From Dimorphilus gyrociliatus (Eukaryota; Animalia; Annelida), in the NCBI GenBank assembly GCA_904063045.1, contig CAJFCJ010000012.1:2170001-2234000 (forward strand): 64,000 nucleotides of DNA. Reading direction: 5' to 3'. Of this stretch, positions 1-17,013 are shown in pieces. How positions within the stretch are numbered: the stretch's first letter is position 1; each line of letters opens with the position of its first letter. The position numbers and the translations under genes are program-made. The notes beneath the pieces are model-generated. The model saw only the letters and a list, made by a program, of their open reading frames with translations. It was not told the DNA's origin and ran no database searches.

Positions 1-1345
1 TTTTGCATTTGCACGCCATAGACACAATAAAATATGTCGTTACAGGCGTCCACGCAATCAAAAAGTATACAACCAAAAATCCTGTCATATAAAATAGTTT
101 TAGCTCCCTTTTCATTATCCTTAATTTTGAGTCATCGTTGCTAATGTCCATCTTCTTAAATTGCATTTCTTGACGTATCTGTAAAAATTTAAAGAGAAGA
201 TGGAAGAGAAAAGCGAAAGGATAACGAAACAATAATATGATTTATACGAGAATATTTATATATCTACATATAAGATATACATAGGGAGATAGGGAGTAAG
301 AAACAGGGATCTTTTTTCACAAACAACCATTTTGATATGTGATCTACACGCATCGGAATTCTTTTTTTTGTATTTCTGGCACGTGTAATGTAAGACGATA
401 TTCGTAGTAGGGGAAATGTGTTTTAACTACCGGTTTTTTAGAAATTAATGTCAACTCGGGGTCGTTAAGATAGGTAAAAAGTCTATTAATTATCAAAGTG
501 GATACAATAGAAAGAGGATAATGTAAAATTTACCTTTCTCCTTGCTGTCAGTAAAATTCCTATGTACAATACCGACATAATAATAGCCGGTAGTAAGAAC
601 TGTACAATTGCTAATGTTGTAAATTGACCAAAGGAGTATAATTTATCAAGATAACAACCCAACTTGAAATCATCTATTATTGAAAAATAGAATATATTTC
701 TAAAATCATGATACAAGAAGAAGAAGAAGAAGAGGAAAATAACAAGAATATAAGTGGGGAAAAAAACACACTCAACTCATTTTCTGCTCGTTTGATAAGA
801 ACTGTAAATGTATACTCAATGAACCTAAAATTTGAATAATCCATATAATAGCGATAAATGTCTTGATTCTTTTCTTTGTAATTATATTGTGATACTGAAG
901 GGGAAAATGAATAGAAATGTATCTAACTGCCGTTATAGCCACTAAATTCCAAGAAGAAATCATCGTCATGCTCATCAAAGATGTAGCAATGAATATGCAA
1001 AGTCCAGGAGATGCAAATTTGCTTTTAATGTTATTTCTTTCCATATGAGCAGTATTATAAATAGAATACCAAAAGGATGCCCCTGGATGATAAATATAAT
1101 TAACCTATTAGAGGTTTTATCTTAATCCTTTGAAGGAAATTATAGAAAATTGATTAGATTTATTCACCTAAATCACAAGCAGCTTGGCTAAGAAAGAGAT
1201 AGTTTGCAACAGAGTCAAAGTACTGATTCTTCTTAAATACAGCTATAACTATACCATTACCAATCAAACTGAAAACTGACAATCCATAAAGAAAAGAATA
1301 ATAGTACACATTAAATTCAACTGCCGATTGAGTTACGTTAGACAT
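1..1345 (-). CDS. Orphan class-A (rhodopsin-like) GPCR, paralog A; 3' end (TM7) lies beyond the window edge
   Basis: Exons 1345-1168, 1082-777, 673-534, 178-<1 join in frame via GT-AG introns of 85, 103 and 355 nt. TM1 GN (LIGNGIV), TM2 SQAACDL, TM3 Cys and VRY at the DRY position, TM4 Trp, ECL2 Cys, TM5 FLLP, TM6 LIAWTP. Confidence 0.9.
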
Positions 1346-1610
1346 TTATAAATTTATCAAATATTCAGGTTTATATGAGGCGATCTTGCACTAAGAAGTA
1401 AAAGTCGTCAGTGACAATCAAAGCACAGCAAATAGACCGGAAAACGTGATCCTAATGGATAGAGATAGGTTATAATTTAAGCAGCGTCATTGTTAATGGA
1501 AATTTTGTAGGCCTCTTTCGTTACGTCCTAAATGTCATAACTTGTGATTAATACGCACTTTGCCGACTAAATATCTAGATAAACAATGTACTATTTATAA
1601 ATAATTTATT

Positions 1611-2866
1611 CTAAAAATGTACATCTTGAACACGATTTTTAATGCAACAACAACAGCAACAGCTTCTAAAGTGATTACGGAAGGCAGTTTTGAATTCTTT
1701 CATTCTTCCAACGTAAAATAAGATATTAACGGCAGTATTTGAATGTGCAATAATACGACAAGTAGCCCTGATTTATGAAAGGAAAGAGAATGATAAAAAG
1801 AAATGTATAAAAAGTATAAAAAGATGTTTTTAAGGGTTTTCTCCTTTTATGCAAATAAATGACAATCTATGAATTAATTATTATAGCTTTGCTACAATGA
1901 TATGAATACCTATAATATATTCAGAGAATAAACATAGATACATAAACATGCTGATATTTCTTAAATAAATGGTGTAAATTACTAACCTTATATAAGCGTT
2001 TATAGAGCAATTACAAACGATTCTTCTATAAATATATATTGTAGATGGTAACCATGACAGTATAAAGTAACAAACTAAGAAACCAGTTAATTTGAATAAC
2101 TTAAATTCTCTTTTAAGCACATCCCTCTTACTTATTTTTATCTTTCCATCTTTTTGTTGAATTCTATTCCTTTCTTCTTTTACCTTTTTAATTACATACG
2201 CTAAATTTAACGGTTTATCTAAATACTCATATAATATTCTCCTCTTACCTTCTTCCTGGCCGTAATCAGAAGATAAGAATGTATAATAGCCATTATAAAA
2301 GAAGGTAAAAAAAAGTTTAGAACACAGATTACAGTAAATTGAAGAACAGTGTAGTTTTTTTCCGTTTGACATAGGTTGTTTCTCCAATTTGGACGCTTAA
2401 AAAAGTAGTATACGTGTAGACAAGAGGCCAATGTTAATAGACCAAACCATAAAATAGTTATACAGATCCTCGTTCTTTTTGGAGTAACATAGTTATAAAA
2501 CTGCAAAGGAGAGTGAATAGAGATAAATCGAACTACGGTGATAAAGACCAAATTCCATGAAGAGACCATTAGCATACCTTGCAGAAGAGTTGCAAAGATA
2601 ATACAAGGATAGAAACTAGATAAAGTTTTCTGAATGTAGTAATTTTTCATATGAGATGTATTGTATATTGAATAAACAATAGAAAGAAACAAATCTGAAA
2701 CTGCTTGACTAGTAAATAATGCACTATTTATGGAATCGAAGCATTTTTGACGAGTTATTACTATTATGACCATAACATTTCCGCTCACACTAAAAACCGT
2801 AAAAGTATATAATAAAGTATAATAATATAGTTTGAATGTTATCGTTGTCTCTGTGTAATTTGACAT
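1611..2866 (-). CDS. Orphan class-A GPCR, paralog B (complete)
   Basis: Exons 2866-2249, 2183-1987, 1767-1611. SGN, SQAVSDL, VRF, FFLP, ILSWLP, TM7 HSNTAVNILFY, helix 8 KEFKTAF, tail RSCCCCCCIKNRVQDVHF*. Clearly similar to paralog A. Confidence 0.9.
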
Positions 2867-3309
2867 TGTCGTACAGTAAAAATAATACAGTGAGAAACTC
2901 CTACCTATATATTCATTGAAGATAAGAATGTGTGTCTAGCTGTTGTACTGTCATTAGCTATTGGATAGAAATATTCTTTTATCTGTATCACCCCATAGTC
3001 AGATTTTATTATAAAATAATCAGTCGAACTTTGGATTCTTAATAAGCACGTGTTATGTTTATCAACTAACAAAACTATATTCGGAAGCAAGTTGCTTCTC
3101 GTGTATTCATTATAATCCTCTCATTCATCCATCACAGTTATCACCTAGCTAACGTTCAAACAGGGCTTAACATTCCATCAATTTTTTCTTTCACTCCTCT
3201 CGTTTCTCTTCACCTTACACTTTCACTCGCGGGCGCTCTCTCTCTCTCTCTCTCTCTGTCTCTCTTCACGCGTTCTTTCTCTCTCTATCATTCTTGAAGT
3301 ATACAAATT

Positions 3310-8018
<4,709 letters not shown>

Positions 8019-8951
8019 TGTTGATAACGTCAGGTTTAGCTGACGAGAAATGGTCTAAATTTTTTATTTCTTCGATTGGCAGATGTTTGCTCCGCCTAGG
8101 TTATTCGTTTTCCTAAACAGAAACTTCTGATAAATATATATTTATCAAATTTACAAACCAACCCAAAATATAGTTCTTCATCTTTTTTTTTCTAACCTCT
8201 AACCAATTGTTTTCAATTTCGTTTGCTTAAAAAACTTTTTAAGTATATGCAAATGATATTCATGAATAATTTATAGGTATTTTATATATTAAAAAAAATA
8301 ATGGACTAAGATAAGGTCAGTTGTTTTTTTTTATAAAAAAAATGAATGACTTTCAATCTTGTACATAAAAAAATTGACTGCAATATAATTAATGGTTTTT
8401 TTTTTAAAAAAAAAAATAAGAGACACACGGCAGAAATTTTATATAAAGGAAAAAGAAAGAAGAGTTTCATTCTTCTTTAAATCGTATAAAATATAATGAA
8501 TGTTTTATAAAAAATTACCTCCCATAACATAAATATCTCTGTTCAACCGAATGTTTGCTTTTGTTTACTCCTTCAACACGTTACAACCACATGTTGTCAA
8601 CTTAGACAAACTGCGCGCAATAGGTTTTTAAAAGTGAGAGTCTTATCAAGATAAGACCATTTTTAAATACCATGAATAGTTATGAATGTAAGGAAATTAT
8701 TAGTTGAGGTGACAATTAATTTAATTGGGATAAATATTATAATTAAAATTGTATGTTTTTGAATAGAAAGTGCATATTTTGAAAGTATTATTCATCTTCA
8801 AGGGAGATTCTATACTTGATGAAATTTGTTAACGATATGGTGATAAGATCAACAGTAACTTCAGTTAAAAATGTGTGGAACGCGACAAATTAAAAGTACA
8901 TGCTTTGTCCAGACGCATGTCAAAAAAGGGCGTTCAAAGGTCACGAGACGG

Positions 8952-9355
8952 TCAACAATTGCCCAAATATCGGCTGCTTAAAGTGGACATCAGACTTTCA
9001 GGTATCAAGTTACCAATGTATCTAAGCTAGTATACCATTAGTTGCGAATGTTTGGTAAAGTAAAATGGGAATTACCTGCTACTATTCTGTATTAGAAATT
9101 TTAGAAAGGAGACGGAAAGTAATTGTATAATATTGCGTATTAATGCAAACACCTCTCACGTACTTTATTCAAGTTATCTGCCACATGCAATAATAAGATT
9201 TGCGCCTTTATAAACAGCAACTGCCTCCTTAAGAAAATAAATTGTGCATTATAAATACAGCTTACCTTTAACGGAGGCTTTAATACTTGAGAGGAAGTAT
9301 TATTATATAAAATAAAGTGGAATAATAGAACAAATTTTATTCTCAAGGGAACCAT
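8952..9355 (-). other. Candidate small spliced gene (75 aa, signal-peptide-like start) or upstream non-coding exons of the collagen gene
   Basis: Exons 9355-9266, 9220-9164, 9086-9076 (11 nt) and 9021-8952, with donors gtaagc, gtacgt, gtaatt and introns of 45, 77 and 54 nt, join into one open frame. No homology recognised. Confidence 0.3.
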
Positions 9356-9472
9356 ATAAGCATGCTTGCAATAAATACAAATAAATAACTTGTTATATGA
9401 TTAAAATAAATCAAACAACAAAATAATAACAAAAATATTTTTTGTTACAATTAACGGTTGAAATCTTTATCT

Positions 9473-12361
9473 CTATTTAGTATTTCCTATAGACTTCATT
9501 GTCTCCTTACACCAAGTAATGGCCGTGTTGAAATACTCGTAGACGTTTGATCCAAAATTAACAAAATAACCGTCCATAAGTAGATCAGCTCTAATTAAAA
9601 AAAAATATTATTACAAATAACGTCCATATAAATTTTACTAATGAAATTTTAATAGTAATTACTCCAAGATGTTGTGTTGAATCCAAGTTCCCAATTTGAA
9701 AATGTATGGCTTGCAAACGTTCCAAACAATAGTTCCGTAGTGAATTACATAATCAATTACCAATTGTGAGTAATAAAAGACAAACTCTTTAACTATTGGA
9801 ATATACTTATCAATCTGAAAGCATTCAAGTACGATAAACATTAGTCAATTTTTCAAAAGATTTCTAAATAATTTTATGCAACAACTTACTGTGATAAACG
9901 CTTTTTCAATTTTCTGAAGTGCGATTATTCTATAGGGTTCAGATATTTTGGCAAGAGTTAAACTTGTCTCGTAAACCCATTTCCAGAACTGAGTAAGATA
10001 TGGAGAAAGGACCTTTGACACAGCAGCATAGTAATATGGAACATTATCCTGACACCATCTGCAAAAGAAAATTATATATTCATATAAAAAAAAGTCAATC
10101 TTTTACAAACCGTTGGACAAGCTCGAAAGCAATTAACGATTTAGCATACACAAATTTTGATGCTGAAACTGCTCCAATATCATTCAACGTTCGAAAAGTT
10201 TTTGATTCTAAATGAATAGATGTAGAAAGTATAACTATATATTTCAAAGATTTATTCTTTTATCAATTCTTACCATAGAATCCATTGTGAACGTAGCTGT
10301 CATAAATCACAATGCCAGCAAACACAATAATAGCGTAGAAGAGAAACTTCCCTACGAATGAACCCTGACTATTTCTAAATTTTCTGTTGGCCTCCAATTG
10401 TTGGTAGTAGTCTTTTTTTCCTAGTAAATGCTTTAGTTTTCCTGATTCATCTTTTTGTAATAGGGTATGATTCTGCTTCTCAAAGTTTTTCAATGTATTT
10501 CCAAGTTTTTTCTTGTTAATGGATTCCCAGAATTTTTCCTCCTTTGAGTTCAAAATAGAACTGAGGAGAATTCTATAAGAAAATATTATTAAAATTATTA
10601 AGTATTCTTATTAACGATGGCATACTCTGAAGATTGTAAATTATTAGCGTAAATGTTCTCCCAAACTCCAAAACAAATATCATTTTCCAAGCAACATTTC
10701 AAGATAAATAGAATCTATTGGATTAAAATTCTCAATGAAAATCTGAATTTAATAAATAAAATAAAATATTTTACATAAGCCTCTGTTGTTGATGTACAAT
10801 TTTTAGTTAGTTTACAGAGAATTGATTCAAAGACTACTTGAACAACTTCCAACTTGGCATTTTCTAAACACTTTAAAACTAATTTTTCAAAAGAAGTATA
10901 CATTTTCTTCTTCTTGTCACCTGGTAACTTCAAATCGAAAGATAAAACCTCATATAATTTCGGAATTTCAAGACCGGAAAGTGATTTGCAACTATTGATG
11001 TGTTTACTGGAAAATTAAAATTAATCACAGTAACTTTTCTTACTTTAAAATAAAAAAATCTTTATTAAACGTACGATATTAATTTTTCTAGATAAGCAAT
11101 GCAAAAGCCTGTTAGACCTTTTACGTTGAGTAGAGGTACCATAATAACATGCCAGACTATATGAAAATAAGGAAAAACGTTATTTAATATCTTGATACTA
11201 CTGATAAATTAATATTATATTTTACCCCTTAAACCATTCTCGAAGCTTTTGATTCCTACTTGACCAAAAGAATATAAAACATGTAAAGATCTATTGATTT
11301 TACTCTTCATAGTAGGAATTTTCGAAGCCCATTGGATGATAAATGTCATAACAGATACTGGTCTTTCCAAAACGATTAATTGAAAAACCATTTTATGTCC
11401 GTGCACAGGTGTTTTAGCTAATTGAAGGAATGTAAAAGAAATGATTATTAAAAAAAGAAGTACAAGTAAAAAGAAAGATAAATTAAATAATACCTTTATC
11501 ATTCATAAGTTGTTCGCAAAGAAAACTTAAAACATCAAAAATTTCTTCCTCATCAAGAGTTCGTATTAAATTATCGAATAATTTACGAAGGCCTGATCCA
11601 AGAAGATTAAGAGGATATTCTAGAAATAATTAAAAAGATGTTAGATTGGTATTGCTATAATTTCCAAAGTACCTTCGAGAAGTTCATCATCATCTTCAGA
11701 TATAATAGCTTCAGGAACATTTTCCAAGCGAACATTCAGCATCGCAGCAAGATTTTTTAGCCAGATATCTTTATTACTGGAAAAGTTCTTCTTATCTTGA
11801 TTTAGCATACGATTAAATTCATCAGTCTCCAGCTAAGGATCAAATGGCTATAATAAATAAAAATCTAAGTTTTTAGGATAGAGTTTAAACCTCATTTATT
11901 GCTGTTTTTAGATTGGTACTTTTCTTGACTGGAGGAGTTGGTTTTGGGGATTTCGGTTTTGAGTTTTTCGATTCCTTTTCAGGTGATGATTTTTGTGGTT
12001 TTGGATTACCATTTTGTTTTTTGAAAGCATCAAAGCTTGTTTCTGATTCTCTTAGCGGAGCTAAAGAATAAAAATAGGTTAGGAACGTTGTAAATAGAAA
12101 ATAACTAATAATAAACAAGAAATATTGCTTTTGGTTGTGAAATTCTAGTGTATTCAATATACAGGCTTATCAAATATTACACGTGTAAAATTTGAAATTC
12201 TATTTAAAAAATACATATGAAAAACACTTACGAGCCTGTTCTAATTTCGGCATACGATCCTTAATCAACTGCTTTTCAATTTTAGTAATCTTTTTCTGAT
12301 TTTTTAAACCATTTCGACCAGGTTTAACAACAGTTGTCCAAGATGTGTCGGCAGAAGACAT
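9473..12361 (-). CDS. TMEM214: Transmembrane protein 214 (ER membrane protein)
   Basis: Spliced translation MSSADTSWTTVVKPG...IWLKNLAAMLNVRL...EYPLNLL...HGHKMVFQLIV...LYSFGQVG...GLRVWHVIMVPLL...VWENIYANNLQSS...FYAIIVFAGIVIYDSYVH...WCQDNVPYY... matches human TMEM214 blocks (IWLKDLASYLNYKL, DYPYSL, HGYRICIQAIL, WALGQAG, GLKVWLGIMLPVL, VWRQLY) in the same order. Stop TAG 9475-9473. Confidence 0.93.
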
Positions 12362-12377
12362 GTTTTCATGAAAAGAA

Positions 12378-12391
12378 CCGGAAACGGAAAT
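12378..12391. promoter_or_regulatory. Tandem ETS-like sites just upstream of the TMEM214 start codon
   Basis: ccggaaacggaaat 17 nt upstream of the ATG; resembles ETS-type housekeeping promoter elements (motif match only). Confidence 0.4.
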
Positions 12392-13298
12392 GCGATTCTA
12401 GTATATAACCTGGTTTTAAGATGAATACGTCTAATTCTATTTTGCATCACTATGTATACTTTTTAATTTTATCTTTCTTAGAAATCTATTAATAATAATT
12501 AATAATTATCAATTCCATATTTTAATGGTATTTATACTGTAAAAATTTCAACTTATACTTTACTCACGATATTAAGACAATAAAAGAATTCAAAAAAAAT
12601 GTTTCTAGTAGTATTGTTCTGAAATTTTAAGAAATTGTCAACTACTTCAATGTCTTTCTCTCTCTCTCTCTCTCTCAATCTTTCGTACTATTTATATTTT
12701 CATTAGTGGAAAATTGAACGATTCTTTTCTACAGCAAAAGATTAACGAAATCTAGGCACTCTCATTCCACTCGGGGGTATAGAGATTAATGTACTTATTT
12801 TATTTTCTATTTGTTTTGTGACCCTATATAGAAATTGACTTGCTGAGTAACTACATCCCTCTTTAGATGAGATAAAACTTTTTGGACTATGATACCGCAA
12901 GGCATATCCTACGAAAATGGAATTGGGTTTTATAATATACAATTTATATCCTACTTTATCCGATGCTTTTTGCGTAATAGACCTGTAAAATCGTTAGGAA
13001 AGTACGTCCACCTGATAACCTGAAAGCTCCATTTAATTAATTTAAAATTGTCCTATCTATTAAAAAAAGTGAAGGGTCAAGGACCAGCACAAGTTGTTCA
13101 AAACATATTTAAGGTCTCAAAAACACTTTATTATCGATATATAAATTGTATTAGATAAAAAGAAAATTTTTTGGAAAGAAGACAGGTTAGAAGTTAAACA
13201 TCTAAGTAGATAGCTGAGGAGAAATTTAATAATAACCAAGTAGGAAGGTTAGTCCTTAATAGTACTTTATAAGTCAATTATGTAAGAACAGTCATTAA

Positions 13299-15108
13299 TC
13301 AAAAAAAGAAAAGCTTAAAGATGATTGAAATAACCACAACTAGTATGATCAATTTCAAGAAAAGTGAGTTAGAGGATTCGGTGTGACACTTTCTAGTCTT
13401 TGTAGCTTGTTTCACTCTATCCATTTGTGTGAGGATCGCATTTCGAGCTCCTTTCCATTTTCCTGGCCCGAATAGTCGAAATTGGTAAGGTGAACATGGA
13501 CCAAAAAATACGTTCATTGCCAGATAAGGGTCAGTGAGGAATAGAGATTCTGGAGGAATAAAAGGGAAATTATACTTTGAATGAAGAGAAGTTTGATTAA
13601 TTTAATTAACATACTTAAATTTGGTTTACATCCAAATTGCTCTGCCACTTCATCCATAAATGGTATCCAATCAACTTGGATAGTATGCCTTTGACTATTA
13701 AAATATCTTTTAGCCATAGCTGCTTGCTTTTCACGAATATTTTCCCACATTGCCGCTTTGGACGGAAGTTTTGTGGATCCATTAAATACTCTTGCTGCCC
13801 ATCTGGTTTGTAATTCTGCTATTGGATTAATTGCTCCCAAAGGTTGAATGCATCCAATTACAGCTATAGTTGGATGACTCAAGTCAGGTGGAAATGCGTA
13901 CTTAAACAGGTTGACTTTATTATTTTCGACGTTAATAACACCGTTTTCGAGGAAAGGAAAGCCAAAAGTGTAACCTATAAGAATAGCAAATTTAGATAAC
14001 GATACTTGTAGTTAATTGTATAAGTAGACTGTTGAATTATTTAGCCTAGAAAAACGGTAATACCTGTAGCCATAATAATGACATCAGCTTCAACAACAGT
14101 TCCATCTTCAAATTTTAAACCATTTTCTTGTATTTCCTCTATATCTGGTTTAATTATAACCGAGCCGCAAATCAATCTATTAGCCAAATCATCGTTAACC
14201 ATGGGATGCTGCTGAAATAATCTGTGTTTTGGTCTCAGTCCATAAGCTTCATGATTGAGTCGTTTTTCGACTATGTTTTCCGCTATACTATAATTTAAAA
14301 CAAATATTAATAGACTATCTAAAGATCCAAGAGATGCTTACTTGTTCATCATAGACGCTGGAGCATATTTTTGTATTTGTGCAAATACTCTTCTTGTTAC
14401 TTCGATATCGCCTGGTATACCATTTGTTCCAACACGATTTAAAACCCAAGTACCTCTTCTAGTACTTAAATAGACCTGTTTAGATATTCTACCAAGTTCT
14501 ACAGCAATATCACCTCCAGAATTTCCAATTCCAACAATGACTACTTTCGAATCTTCGTAGCCTCTAGGGTGTTTGTATTGATGTGAGTGCAGGATTTTAC
14601 CTTTAAACTTTTCTTGACCTTTAAACTTCGGAGAGAAACGCTTTGCATGATGTCCAGTACATAGTAATACAGCATCAAATATAAGTTCTGTTTCCGAATC
14701 AGCTTGCAAATTTTTAACTTTAACGTTCCATTTTCCATCTTTTTCGAAACTTTTCGATTTTTTTACACTTAGAATTTCATGATGAAATTTAATATGCTTT
14801 TTCAAATCAAAATGATTGGCGTACATATGAAAATACTCCATTAATTTTGTATTGTGCATGTAGTTAGGAAAATCTCCAGGAATAGGATAATCGCTGTAAC
14901 ACATCATTTCCTTACTTGTATTGATAACTGTTGACTTCATAACGCAACCCTGGCCATCTTCTACTTCTTTCTCTGAGTAATTCCATAATCCACCGATCGA
15001 ATTTGTTCTTTCAAAACACACTGGTTCTAAATCTTCTTCCAAACACGCTTTAATACCAGTTAGACCAGCCGCTCCTGCTCCAATAATACAAACTCTCTTC
15101 GAAGGCAT
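13299..15108 (-). CDS. FMO: Flavin-containing monooxygenase A (FMO5-like, canonical motifs)
   Basis: Exons 15108-14342, 14287-14064, 13974-13615, 13549-13299. FAD motif [17 protein letters not shown] fingerprint [17 protein letters not shown] motif [23 protein letters not shown] and a C-terminal hydrophobic anchor. Confidence 0.96.
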
Positions 15109-17013
15109 ATTTCAAGTAATTGGAAAACTCTAGAATTGGAGATTTGTATTTATAATGAGAATATGTTATTCTACTTAAGCATATTTCAATCTTATCTGTA
15201 CTGTTACAATAGGTCGAGACATTTATAGATTATAACCTGATAAGTTATTAGTTTTTAGTACCTCAGTCTCACGTACAACTCATAGTCCTTCTGGTTTTTG
15301 TTTTTGCCAATAAAATCTTAATCTTTATTAGCATATTCCCTTTTAAATTAAAATTGGAGGAGAAAGTCATTTCCCTTCTATTTTCTACAAATTTTTATTT
15401 TAGAATTCTTTCATTGGCGCTTCCATGGCTTTTTTTTAATTATAAGATATGTTATGAATAATACACAGGTACTGAGATAAATGAAAGTTCAAAGCAACAG
15501 ATAGCTTGGATTCTATTTTATATGAAAAATACTATATACATATATATATATTTAGGTCGATCTGAAAATAGCCTAACACTTTAAAATGATACAAGATTGT
15601 GAGTGTAAACTTTGCCAGTTGTAAGTAGTATTCATTTATTATATCTTGTCAAAATTTCCTATCAATGTAATAAACAAGTGCCTAGTTATTTAGCTCTAAA
15701 ACAATTTCATCCGTAAGAATAAAAGAGATAAATTAAAGGTAAATATAGGATATATGCAGAAGAGGCTGAAGTCACACTTTAGCTGAAAGACACCACAAAT
15801 TGGATGGCTTGTATAAGTCCTGATTTTTAACTTTATTTGACTGTTTTTCCTTAAAGGATTGAACGTAGATGTGCATAGAATATATTCTAAAGATGATATA
15901 AACGAAATAAGATTATAAAGTACATTTTTGTTGGTTAAACACATCCAAACTTTTTTCTCAAGGTGTTTTTCTTACAATGCAGGTGGCGCAATTATATAGA
16001 AAATGGTGGAAATTGTATTTAAATAGCTATTCATATAGTATGAAACTTTGATAATCTAATGTAATGATGTATTTTTTTTAGCAATATAAACAAGATAGCA
16101 ACTATTATTAAACAAAATATAAAATCAGATGAGTGAAGGCTACTTTTAGATCAAATCAATTATATCTTTCACTATATTTTGGAAAATTGCAAAACTAATA
16201 AATGGTATTATAATTAAACACAGTAAAACTTTGTTGAAATCTCTTCTTTTTTAGACGCTATCCAATTTTTGTGTATATTGATAAGTCATAAATTAATTGG
16301 TACACTAATTATAATGAATAGTATTATTTTTATGTTTATAAGTTGTTACTTTTAAGCGAATGATGAAAAATAATGAATATAATACCGATATTTATGTTGA
16401 ATTGGTTTTGTTATTTATAGAATGAGTTTCTCCGGCAAAATATTCCAAACAAGGTCATCGGTAACAGTTTTCAACGACATAAGTGTTTTTTGACATAAAC
16501 TCTACAAGAGAATACAAAACCAACTATTCCATTAAAACTGGTTAATCTAATCATTAAACAGCTCTCTAATTATATTTCTACTATTGTCCATACGATATGT
16601 GAAGTATAAACTTTAAATTAATAGTTATAGGAGCCATCTTGTCTACTGTTTAACTACTCTTAATAAGTAAATTACACCTTACTTAGGTAAATTTAGTAAA
16701 AATAAGTTAAAGAGTACATGATTTTTTAGGCCTATATTTGTTACAGATTTTATAAATACTGTTTATAAAAATGTTCAAAACAATAGGAATCTATATTGAA
16801 ATCTATAACGTTTCGAAATTTCGGAATGATAAGATATAATTGTAGTAAAAAGTAGAAATAATATGAATCATTTACTCTAACGTGATTGGCTTATTTAGTA
16901 TAAGATTTTGTCTATAAATGTAATTTGAGAGTCGCTTTTCGTCAAAAGAATTTACGAAGACTGCGTTTCTGAAGCAAGAGCTACAGAGAGAATTGAATCA
17001 GCAGCAGTAGAAG

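Noticed and set aside
12742-12990. About 80-codon open frame on the minus strand after a good branch point and acceptor (cctaacgattttacag)
   Set aside because: No phase-compatible upstream exon or start and no recognisable motif; at most a non-coding exon.
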